Virus record (IMG/VR): IMGVR_UViG_3300029305_002366 | Span: 32,001 to 96,000 of that record | From: a virus | Taxonomy: Duplodnaviria > Caudoviricetes | Reading direction: 5' to 3' (one strand) | DNA length: 64,000 nt | Part shown: piece after piece, positions 50,797-58,971 of the stretch | Layout: each line of letters opens with the position of its first letter | How positions within the stretch are numbered: the first letter of the stretch is position 1 | The notes under the pieces: generated by a model | What the model was told of the DNA's origin: nothing | The model's database searches: none | Seen by the model: only the letters and a program-made list of their open reading frames with translations | Program-made: the position numbers and the translations under genes

Positions 50797-51345
50797 ATGA
50801 TTATGAAAAAAGCAACAATGATTTTATCAGCCATGCTTGCAATAGGTATGGCAACACCAATGACCACACACGCAAGACAGCATGATATGGGGACACTCCG
50901 ATATGACGTTAATCTTGATGGTAGAGTGGATGGTATTGATGCTTCAATGGTACTTACTGAATATGCGAGTATTTCAGTTGGGAATGAACGCTCGTTCACA
51001 TCAACACAGCGTTGGCTTGCAGACACAAATTATGATGGAATGGTTACTGCCGTAGATGCAAGTAATATCCTTACACGATACGCTTATAACAGTTCACACG
51101 AAAAGCAGATGCCAGTTGTGACATTGACATTTAATGCGTACTGCATCCCAAAGGGAGAAGTGGGGACGGAAATAAAGCCCATGAACTATGAAGCGTATAA
51201 CATTGAGGACGTATATCATTTCATCGAATGTTCAAGAGACAGCTATCCAGAAACGGCAAAGTTCGTAATATCTATCAATGAAACTATTTGGGATAAGCCT
51301 ATAACTCAGAGTGATATACTGTGTGATATGGAAGATTCGTATTAA
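50797..51345 (+). CDS. Secreted type I dockerin-domain protein
   Basis: Signal peptide MKKATMIL..TTHA; two Ca-loops DVNLDGRVDGIDAS and DTNYDGMVTAVDAS. Confidence 0.85.
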   Translation: MIMKKATMILSAMLAIGMATPMTTHARQHDMGTLRYDVNLDGRVDGIDASMVLTEYASISVGNERSFTSTQRWLADTNYDGMVTAVDASNILTRYAYNSSHEKQMPVVTLTFNAYCIPKGEVGTEIKPMNYEAYNIEDVYHFIECSRDSYPETAKFVISINETIWDKPITQSDILCDMEDSY

Positions 51346-51356
51346 AAAAAATAAAT

Positions 51357-51378
51357 CCCTCAGTCATTTGACTGAGGG
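51357..51378. terminator. Hairpin between convergent genes
   Basis: CCCTCAGTCA-TT-TGACTGAGGG. Confidence 0.6.
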
Positions 51379-51386
51379 TAAGACAA

Positions 51387-51602
51387 TTATTCTTTTTCTT
51401 TTATCCCACTTATATCTATATTATTTTCAATAATATATTTGACAGCAGTATTAAAGAAAGATGATGAAGATGTAAAGTTGTGTTCACTCATATACTTTTC
51501 GATTGTCGGAACGTATTCAAGTCTTGTATTAATAGCATAACGCTTATACGTTTTAGCAATGTATTTTTTGTCTGCTCTTTTCTGTGCTTCACTTCTCGGC
51601 AT
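51387..51602 (-). CDS. Small RHH-like regulator
   Basis: MPRSEAQKRADKKY..KRYAIN.. Confidence 0.55.
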   Translation of the reverse strand: MPRSEAQKRADKKYIAKTYKRYAINTRLEYVPTIEKYMSEHNFTSSSSFFNTAVKYIIENNIDISGIKEKE

Positions 51603-51673
51603 ACAATCACCCCTTTGTAGAAAATAAACAAATACATATCATAGAACATGATAAAATTTGTGTCTATAAACAC

Positions 51674-51764
51674 TTGACAATTATCGTGTTCTATGATATA
51701 ATCTAAACATAGAAACGATAAGTTTTATCGTTTTTATTATAACACGAATAACCCATAAAGTCAA
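51674..51764. promoter_or_regulatory. Face-to-face sigma-A promoters
   Basis: Plus TTGACA(51674)-17-TATAAT; minus TTGACT(51764)-17-TATAAT. Confidence 0.65.
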
Positions 51765-51780
51765 TAGACAGGAGGATAAT

Positions 51781-52743
51781 ATGATACATAAATTAAAAGA
51801 AAACGAATGTCAGATAATTGACATATCAGACCGATTAGGTAATGATGATATTGATTTCGATGACCTTGTTCCCGATGTAAACATACAGGACGGAGACTAT
51901 CAGAGAATCAAGGAACTTGAAAAGCGTAGGGCTGAAAAGATAGGCATGGATTCGCTACCAGAAGAAGTGTTTAATCAGGTACTTGAAACCTGTTTCAAAC
52001 AAGGTGGTTATAAAGGATTCAGAGATGCATTATTCTTTGTAACACAGGCAAACTGGGGAGTAAGATGCTCCGATGCAAGAATAATCAAGAGGATAGATTT
52101 TTTAAATGAGTATAACAAGTTCCGTGAAAGCTGTTTATTCTCAGAATTGAAAACAGGAAAGCCACGTACTATGTATATCAATGATGCTATAAAGATGTGT
52201 GTACTTATGGTAACATGGAGTGGTGATTTTTCTCCGCTTGATTGGCTCATTATCTCTGACGGTGGATATAAAAACTATCGCAAACTTAAAGACCCTAAGA
52301 CTGGTAAACCTTTAAAAATTAATGGTGACTTCCAGTATGAACTTGATGAGAACGGAAATAAAATTCTTGACCCATTAAGCTATTCAAGAATCTATAATCT
52401 TATGTCAAAAAAGTTAGTAGATGATTTGGGTATACAGCTTAAAGGTAGAGAAAACTGCACAGATGGTAAAGTAAGATACGCTACTCATTCATTGAGAAAA
52501 TTATATTCTAATAAAGTTGAACAGCTTTTCCAAGAGATGTATGGCGATATGGGACAGGCTCACACAGCGGCTATGCAGTTCTTGAACTGGGATTTAAACC
52601 ACAGCAATCTTGTTACAACAAGTCGTTATTGTGGGGATTTTGAAAGTATTAAAAAGAATATAGATATGAATATGAATCTTGGTCTTAATGTTATAAAGAA
52701 ATATTTTGAGGTAGAAAAGGAAAAGTATGTTAAAAGGTTATAA
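51781..52743 (+). CDS. Tyrosine recombinase
   Basis: R (GVRCSD), K (KTGK), HSLR, H (LNHS), Y (SRYC); no obvious arm-binding domain. Confidence 0.85.
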   Translation: MIHKLKENECQIIDISDRLGNDDIDFDDLVPDVNIQDGDYQRIKELEKRRAEKIGMDSLPEEVFNQVLETCFKQGGYKGFRDALFFVTQANWGVRCSDARIIKRIDFLNEYNKFRESCLFSELKTGKPRTMYINDAIKMCVLMVTWSGDFSPLDWLIISDGGYKNYRKLKDPKTGKPLKINGDFQYELDENGNKILDPLSYSRIYNLMSKKLVDDLGIQLKGRENCTDGKVRYATHSLRKLYSNKVEQLFQEMYGDMGQAHTAAMQFLNWDLNHSNLVTTSRYCGDFESIKKNIDMNMNLGLNVIKKYFEVEKEKYVKRL

Positions 52744-53946
52744 ATTCAGACTTTATCCAGATAAAGAACAAGAGTTACTTATACAGAAAACTTTTGGATG
52801 TGTACGATTTGTGTATAATCAATGTTTAGCATATAAAATAAATAAGTACAAAACAGAAGAAATAACTTTGTCTAAAATTGATGTCAATAATTACAAAAAT
52901 CGCACACTCAAATCTGAGTACGAATGGTTAAAAGAAGTAGATAAATTTGCTTTAGATAATGCTGTTATTAATCTCGATTCGGCATATCAAAAGTTCTTTA
53001 GGGAACACAAAGGATTCCCGAAGTTTAAGTCTAAGAAAAATAATCGCAAGTCTTATAAAACAAATTGTAATTATATTGGCAGACCTACAATAGAAGTTAA
53101 TTTTGATAATCGCAAAATAAAACTTCCTAAACTCAAATGGGTTAAAGTAAGAGGAATCAGAAAGTTTGACGGTAAAATCAAATCAGCTACAATAAGTCAA
53201 ACTCCAAGTGGTAAATATTATTGTTCTGTTTTAGTAGAGCAAGAGAACCACGAACCGTTTACAAGGACTGATTGCAATGTAGGCATTGACCTCGGTATTA
53301 AAGATTTTGCTATCACATCAAATGGAGATAAAATATCAAGTCCCAAGTATCTTGCCAAATCAGAAAAGAAACTTGTTATGTTACAAAGACAGCTATCCCG
53401 AAAGTCAAAGGGTAGTAACAATTGGGACAAAGCAAGAATCAGATTAGCAAGAGCATGGGACAAGATAACTAATCAGCGAACAGACTTCTTACAAAAACTC
53501 TCTACTGAATTAATTCGTAGATATGATGTAATCTGTTTAGAGGATTTGAACGTATCAGGCATGGTTAAAAATCATTGCCTTGCAAAGTCCATATCAGATT
53601 GTTCATGGTCTGAGTTTGTAAGGATGTTGCAGTATAAAGCTGATTGGTATGGTAGGACTATTTCAAAGATAGATAGGTTTTGTCCAAGTAGTCAAACGTG
53701 TAGTTGTTGTGGTTGTATAAATCCTGAGACTAAGGATTTATCTGTAAGAGAATGGACTTGTCCTGAGTGCGGTGCAAAACATGATAGGGATATTAATGCG
53801 GCTAAGAATATTCTTAAACAAGGATTATTAGCAGTCTAATAAACAATTAGTACGGTAGGAATTATCGGAATTTACGCTTGTGGAGTTAGTAGGTTGCGAG
53901 GACGTTGAAGCAAGAAAGAAGTCTTATTACAAGACAAATGGTTCAA
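52677..53946 (+). mobile_element. tnpB-only IS200/IS605-derived element carrying a replacement recombinase tail
   Basis: Bounded by homologous recombinase tails at 52675-52743 and 53945-54022; right end GGTTCAA; no tnpA in window. Confidence 0.75.
52727..53839 (+). CDS. tnpB: TnpB RNA-guided endonuclease
   Basis: [42 protein letters not shown]; catalytic D-E-D intact. Confidence 0.95.
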   Translation: MLKGYKFRLYPDKEQELLIQKTFGCVRFVYNQCLAYKINKYKTEEITLSKIDVNNYKNRTLKSEYEWLKEVDKFALDNAVINLDSAYQKFFREHKGFPKFKSKKNNRKSYKTNCNYIGRPTIEVNFDNRKIKLPKLKWVKVRGIRKFDGKIKSATISQTPSGKYYCSVLVEQENHEPFTRTDCNVGIDLGIKDFAITSNGDKISSPKYLAKSEKKLVMLQRQLSRKSKGSNNWDKARIRLARAWDKITNQRTDFLQKLSTELIRRYDVICLEDLNVSGMVKNHCLAKSISDCSWSEFVRMLQYKADWYGRTISKIDRFCPSSQTCSCCGCINPETKDLSVREWTCPECGAKHDRDINAAKNILKQGLLAV

Positions 53947-53966
53947 TCTCGGATATGATGTTATAA
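53850..53966 (+). ncRNA. TnpB omegaRNA (reRNA) scaffold plus predicted guide
   Basis: ACGGTAGGAATTATCGGAATTTACGCTTGTGGAG...GAAGCAAGAA...GGTTCAA resembles clostridial IS605 right ends; guide starts ~53947. Confidence 0.7.
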
Positions 53967-54022
53967 AAAAGTATTATAACATTGAAAGAGAAAAATATTT
54001 ACGTTCACATTCTAAACACTAA
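53945..54022 (+). pseudogene. Displaced original 3' end of the recombinase
   Basis: NLGYDVIKKYYNIEREKYLRSHSKH* versus current [22 protein letters not shown]. Confidence 0.8.
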
Positions 54023-54082
54023 ATGCACACAGAATGATTATAATTACCATTAAATTATAACATAATTTCCATCAATCTGCTA

Positions 54083-54111
54083 TTGACAAATAAGAACATC
54101 TGTTCTATAAT
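54083..54111 (+). promoter_or_regulatory. Sigma-A promoter with LexA (Cheo) box
   Basis: TTGACA-17-TATAAT; GAAC-atct-GTTC at 54094-54105. Confidence 0.7.
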
Positions 54112-54129
54112 TAAACATAAGGAGGATAT

Positions 54130-54480
54130 ATGAGTTTAATAAGTAGAGGAAGTATTTATATGGCAAGACTACCCATCCTTGACGAACACAGTTCCGTACA
54201 AGGTGGACTCAGACCAGTATTAATTATTCAGAATGATATTGGTAATGCACACGCACCAACGGTACAGGTAATACCATTGACTTCAAAGAATAAAAAAACA
54301 TTACCAATACATACGACCATCAAAAGCGGAGGACTTCTTAAAGAATCCACAGCTTTAGCAGAACAAATACAAACGGTCAACAAAACGATACTTCGCCAGT
54401 ATATAGGTAAGGTAGACGATGAGACTATGAATAGAGTTAATGCTTGTATTATGATTCAGCTTGGTCTTATTAAAAATTAA
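54130..54480 (+). CDS. PemK/MazF-family endoribonuclease
   Basis: RGSIY, SVQGGLRPVLIIQNDIGN, IPLTS, LAEQIQTV. Confidence 0.9.
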   Translation: MSLISRGSIYMARLPILDEHSSVQGGLRPVLIIQNDIGNAHAPTVQVIPLTSKNKKTLPIHTTIKSGGLLKESTALAEQIQTVNKTILRQYIGKVDDETMNRVNACIMIQLGLIKN

Positions 54481-54493
54481 GGAGGAAAAGAAA

Positions 54494-54847
54494 ATGGAAA
54501 TTGTATCTTTACTTGGAGCGATTCTTGACAGGATGGCTTTTGAACAAGATGTTGACTGGGACTATGATTGTGATTCTATAAACATAATAGTCAAGGCAAC
54601 ATCTGAGATAAAAGACTATGCGGAATCGCTCATTGACGAATGTACTGATAGCATTAATATAAATCGTAATCAGTACGATTATATAACAATGACATTAAAG
54701 AACAATCGAATAAATAAAGTATGTTATGGCAATGAAGAACATGACGTAAGAGATGATATTGACAGATATGTAAACGATTGGGATTTAGAAGATATCTATT
54801 CAGCAATGTGTAGAAAAATAATGAATCTTTTGTATACACAAAATTAA
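54494..54847 (+). CDS. Acidic hypothetical protein
   Basis: AAGGAGG RBS; directly after mazF. Confidence 0.55.
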   Translation: MEIVSLLGAILDRMAFEQDVDWDYDCDSINIIVKATSEIKDYAESLIDECTDSININRNQYDYITMTLKNNRINKVCYGNEEHDVRDDIDRYVNDWDLEDIYSAMCRKIMNLLYTQN

Positions 54848-54915
54848 AATCTCTTGACATAGTGTGGATGCTTTGCTATAATTATACTGTACAATTATAT
54901 CTTAGGAGGTATATT

Positions 54916-55965
54916 ATGGTATATTTAATAGATGAATATTATAAGCAACATCCAGAACGTGAGAATTTAATCAGACCTGTTTTTGATAAGTTTATAAGCG
55001 CAGAAAAGTATCTGCACGAAATGTCATTAGATGAACTTAATGAGATAGTAAAAGATTGGGTACAAAAACCTAACACTATCGAAGCAAGAAGGGGAGCATT
55101 ATCTTTATATCTTTATTGGCTTAAAGAGCAAGGAATAAATGCAAACCCTGACATAGCAAAGGGGATAGTTTTTTCTGAAAGAGAAAATCAATTTTTAATA
55201 TACTCTACCGATGATATTCATAGTATATGGAAAGACTTTGTTAGAGATATTGACATTACTGCTGAGAAGAAAGGAAAGGTATCAAGCACAGAACCTTTAC
55301 TTGTATGTTATGTAGCAGGTATACTTGGATTCTATGGCATGACTAAACAACAGATTATGTCATTACAGCTTAGTGATGTTCAGAATGATGGTATTGTAGG
55401 GTATGATTTACCTTTGACTTCAAAAGACAAAGAGGTATTACTTAAATATAAAGACCTTGATACACTTGCAAACAGACAGCCATTATTAGGAACAGGATAT
55501 ATTCGTTCATCAAGAACAGAACATCCAAACGAACTTATATTAGATAAGGCACTTGGCAAGGTAGATTGTTCGCAAGAATCAAAACCACTCATGAGCCTGT
55601 TGACTTATTCAAGTTTGTATAAACTTGGACTTATGGGGAGAGTTTACGAATATGAAAAGACCCATAGACCAACTGTCGATAATGGCTTTACTATCCCCGA
55701 CTGGTTTAAGGATATGATAAATGAAAGCATGGGTAAAGTGGTAACATTAAGAACGATATCACAGTACAAACAGAACTACATTGCGTACCGTACAGAAAGA
55801 AACGCATATAAGAATGTGTTGAATAACAAGGTAAAGTACGCAAATTCTCAGAATGTAAATGATATTATTGTCAAACTTGATTCTATTATCAATTCTATCT
55901 CAGATGTAAAAATTCAAAATGAATTAAAGAATGTTCAGAATCAGATAAGAGAATTAGTTAAATGA
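54916..55965 (+). CDS. MrpR/YopR-like recombinase-fold repressor
   Basis: SAM-like N-domain (LSLYLYWL), GILGFYGMTKQQIMSLQLSDV box-I-like segment lacking Arg; own promoter at 54854-54882. Confidence 0.5.
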   Translation: MVYLIDEYYKQHPERENLIRPVFDKFISAEKYLHEMSLDELNEIVKDWVQKPNTIEARRGALSLYLYWLKEQGINANPDIAKGIVFSERENQFLIYSTDDIHSIWKDFVRDIDITAEKKGKVSSTEPLLVCYVAGILGFYGMTKQQIMSLQLSDVQNDGIVGYDLPLTSKDKEVLLKYKDLDTLANRQPLLGTGYIRSSRTEHPNELILDKALGKVDCSQESKPLMSLLTYSSLYKLGLMGRVYEYEKTHRPTVDNGFTIPDWFKDMINESMGKVVTLRTISQYKQNYIAYRTERNAYKNVLNNKVKYANSQNVNDIIVKLDSIINSISDVKIQNELKNVQNQIRELVK

Positions 55966-55986
55966 AAAAAATATATAATTTACCCC

Positions 55987-56015
55987 TTGACAAATAAGAA
56001 ATAGTGTGCTATAAT
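55987..56015 (+). promoter_or_regulatory. Promoter of tRNA cluster
   Basis: TTGACA-17-TATAAT with extended -10. Confidence 0.7.
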
Positions 56016-56086
56016 AATATACAGAGAGAGGGAAATAAAAAACCTAATCTCTGTATATTAAATAGTACAAAGAGTAAAATGTATAA

Positions 56087-56162
56087 TGTGGATTCGCCAA
56101 GCGGTGAAGGCACAGGACTTTGACTCCTGCATACGTGAGTTCAAATCTCACATCCACAACCA
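56087..56162 (+). tRNA. tRNA-Gln(TTG)
   Basis: CAGGA-CTTTGAC-TCCTG, TTCAAAT, CCA. Confidence 0.9.
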
Positions 56163-56442
56163 ATGGGACAATTATGTGTTAAGAGAACCGTGTCTACTTC
56201 ATCTCTCCAATAAATAAGAAGATGTGAAAGATTTACTTTCAAAAAAGGTAACGGTGTAGATAGACCTTCTTGCCAAAGGCTATTGAAATTCGGAATGGTA
56301 ATTGACTATACTTGTCAGTGGAGTGGTCAATGATGTGATTCGCTGAAATGCGGATAGGATAGTGAACTGTAGGAACTGCGGATATGTGATAGATGGAGTT
56401 CGCAAGTGCTGTTTGGTTGGTGGTTTTGAACAGCATATTACT

Positions 56443-56516
56443 GGGAATATAGTTTAATGGTAAAACAAGTCCCTTTTAAGGATTAGTTGAGAGTTCGATT
56501 CTCTCTGTTCCCACCA
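56443..56516 (+). tRNA. tRNA-Lys(TTT)
   Basis: AGTCC-CTTTTAA-GGATT, TTCGATT, CCA. Confidence 0.85.
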
Positions 56517-56656
56517 ATTAGATTGGGTACACAATAGCAGTCAAGCTGTTAGGGACAGTTGTGTAGTCCCCTCCAATCTAACACCAATAACCAGATGCAT
56601 TTGTAACACCTCCTTTCTGCCTTGCGGTAGGGGCTAATCTACCGCATAATACATAT

Positions 56657-56771
56657 GACAGTATAGTTCAATGGTAGAACAGGTTTAAATTCTATCTTGT
56701 ATAAGATAGTAACAGCAATTATTCTGCGTACCAAGCACCTGACATGAGTTCGATTCTCATTACTGTCACTA
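56657..56771 (+). ncRNA. tRNA-like RNA with 41-nt insertion in anticodon stem
   Basis: Intact acceptor, D and T arms; insert at 56684-56724. Confidence 0.6.
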
Positions 56772-56774
56772 TTA

Positions 56775-56964
56775 TATGAGAGCCTTGTCAGTTATAGGTA
56801 AGCCTGTCGATGAGGAAGATAGGTGAAATAAACTATGGGTCATTAAACTCAAAATGGCTTCTGTATTATGGTGAACGTAATGCGGAAAGATTGCGTTCCT
56901 GATTCTTGCAAGTCGATACAGTTTAAACATAGTTTCGGTGGTGCAACTCCACCCTCTCATACCA
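56775..56964 (+). ncRNA. ~190-nt RNA with tRNA-like ends
   Basis: ATGAGAG/CTCTCAT stem, GGTGG-TGCAACT-CCACC arm, ACCA end. Confidence 0.55.
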
Positions 56965-57095
56965 ATATCTTCACTTATTATGCTTGTCATAGTAAGACAC
57001 CTCCTAAGATGCCCTGATTGTCAGGGCAAGCAATCTTCACACGTTCTGACATAACGTGTTCCTCCATATAGCCCTACTTGGTAGGGCATACATAA

Positions 57096-57178
57096 GTCCT
57101 CTTGATGGAATTGGTAGACATGGCTGATTCAAAATCAGTTGCGAAAGCGTATGAGTTCGACTCTCATAGAGGACACCA
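57096..57178 (+). tRNA. tRNA-Leu(CAA)
   Basis: GCTGA-TTCAAAA-TCAGT, long variable arm, CCA. Confidence 0.9.
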
Positions 57179-57352
57179 ATAGGAATATCGCTTTTCCTTT
57201 AAGAAAGATGGGATGACACCAACGTTGCAACATTTTTGGTGTGTAAATCGTTCCCTACTTTAAGCGGTGGTGTTAATGGATTCCAAGAGCAATATCCATA
57301 TCGTATACGCAAGATATTGGGGACTTGACTTGTAAAAAGAAGTCTCATTAAT

Positions 57353-57442
57353 GGGGCAATGGCGAAGTTGGATGAAACGCATTGGTCTTAAAAACCAATA
57401 CCCATGTGGTAAACACCGAGGGTTCGATTCCCTCTTGCCCCA
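57353..57442 (+). tRNA. tRNA-Leu(TAA)
   Basis: TTGGT-CTTAAAA-ACCAA, long variable arm, GTTCGATT; CCA not encoded. Confidence 0.8.
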
Positions 57443-57480
57443 CTTTATTTTTTTATATCAAAACAAGGAGTGAATTGTAA

Positions 57481-57780
57481 ATGAGTAGATTCTACAAATT
57501 GAATAGTCGTGACGAGTTTATTTCTTTTGTGGAAAAAATGAGAGATAATTTTGATTGTCCCGAAGATTGGGAGCAGTTCTTTGGGATTAGATTAAAAACC
57601 GATGAAGAAGGAAATGAACTTGAAACTCTTAGAGAGTATGCACAAGAACATAATATTGATAGTGAGCCGTGGAGTTATGAATATCCAGTTATTCTTTATT
57701 GCAATATAGCTTATGACCGTGATAGGTTTGGGAGATGCGGTATAAGGATTCTCGAAATGGAATCTTTAAATAATTTATAA
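57481..57780 (+). CDS. Hypothetical protein
   Basis: RBS overlaps operator GAGTGAATTGTA. Confidence 0.6.
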   Translation: MSRFYKLNSRDEFISFVEKMRDNFDCPEDWEQFFGIRLKTDEEGNELETLREYAQEHNIDSEPWSYEYPVILYCNIAYDRDRFGRCGIRILEMESLNNL

Positions 57781-57802
57781 TTTTATAAGGAGGAAATAAG
57801 AA

Positions 57803-58138
57803 ATGAGTAAATTAAGAGTATGGTGGGTATCACAGATGGGAACAGATGCTATTCATATTCCTGTACAGTCAGTGAAAGAAGCCAAGAAAACAATGGATTT
57901 ACTTTCATATTTTGATTGCTTTCAGTATAATCAGCATATCAGACCTGATTATAGTAATACAGGCGGTCTTGAAATGTATGATGAGGAAACACAGGAATGG
58001 TGTGACTGGGTATACGAAGATGATAATGAATATATCGAGGACATTGATGAATGGTGCGAGAAGTTCCTTTCAAAAGACGAACAGGAAGAACTTAAAAATT
58101 ATGAGAACACACTTCGCTCTCAGGTAAGATTTGATTAA
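57803..58138 (+). CDS. Hypothetical phage protein
   Basis: KLRVWW..PDYSNTGGLEMYD..WCDW. Confidence 0.6.
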   Translation: MSKLRVWWVSQMGTDAIHIPVQSVKEAKKTMDLLSYFDCFQYNQHIRPDYSNTGGLEMYDEETQEWCDWVYEDDNEYIEDIDEWCEKFLSKDEQEELKNYENTLRSQVRFD

Positions 58139-58150
58139 GGAGGAAATAGT

Positions 58151-58657
58151 ATGATGACCATTGTCGAAAGGATAGAATTACTTGAATCACAGATAGCAGA
58201 AACCAATAAACTGCTTGCAGAGATAAAGAAAGAAAGGGAAAACGAAGAAAAGGAAAACACAGAAAGCGTTCTTGCTGAATACTGGGATGCTATTAATAAT
58301 AAGGATAATTACTATATAAATTCATTTAATAATATTCTTAAATGTGAAGCTAATAACAGTATTGATGAAGATGATTACTCCAATTATCCTACAAAAGAAT
58401 ATGCAGAACAGGCACAGAAGATAAAAGAGTTCAATGATAAACTCTTGGCTTTCAAATGGTGTTATGACAGAGACTATAAGCCTGTTTTCTCAGGTGATTA
58501 CGATAATCGTGCCTACTATATATATTTTGATTCGGAATATGGAAAGTATGATTGGGACTGGGAAAGTGTATGTGATAGAAATGTTATTTATTTCAGTTCA
58601 AAAGAAATCATACAGAAATGCTGTGATTGGTTAAACGCAGAAATGGAGGAAGAATAA
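58151..58657 (+). CDS. Hypothetical protein
   Basis: 168 aa, RBS. Confidence 0.6.
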   Translation: MMTIVERIELLESQIAETNKLLAEIKKERENEEKENTESVLAEYWDAINNKDNYYINSFNNILKCEANNSIDEDDYSNYPTKEYAEQAQKIKEFNDKLLAFKWCYDRDYKPVFSGDYDNRAYYIYFDSEYGKYDWDWESVCDRNVIYFSSKEIIQKCCDWLNAEMEEE

Positions 58658-58659
58658 TT

Positions 58660-58971
58660 ATGGAAAATACAATTACAAACAATGTTGTGCTTGAAAAGAA
58701 AATGGATTGTTATAGCAATAATAATCTTGATAACTTTACAGCACCACAGGAACTTACAGTTACGGTTACACTTCACGAATACCGTAACCTTGTCGAAGAA
58801 GTAGCAACAAAGAAACAGGATATTGATAAAGCTAATCGGGACAAGTACGAAAGAGACTGTGAGAACAGAAAACTCAAAGAAGAAGTGGCGAAACTCAAAG
58901 AGGAAATATATAATTTAAGGTCTGAATCAACACCAAAGGTTGATAATCCTGCGGAAAGGGGTGAGTTTTAA
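58660..58971 (+). CDS. Coiled-coil hypothetical protein
   Basis: GGAGG RBS before MENTIT. Confidence 0.55.
   Translation: MENTITNNVVLEKKMDCYSNNNLDNFTAPQELTVTVTLHEYRNLVEEVATKKQDIDKANRDKYERDCENRKLKEEVAKLKEEIYNLRSESTPKVDNPAERGEF

Noticed and set aside
52677-53946. IStron or ordinary IS605 insertion with target-site duplication
   Set aside because: Only ~50 bp precede tnpB, leaving no room for a group I intron core or tnpA; the duplicated tails are diverged at DNA level, and IS605 elements do not make TSDs.
51387-55965. Arbitrium (AimR/AimP) system
   Set aside because: No TPR-type receptor or short secreted pro-peptide gene recognisable in the window.
56775-56964. tmRNA
   Set aside because: Too short, with no alanine identity pair and no recognisable tag reading frame.
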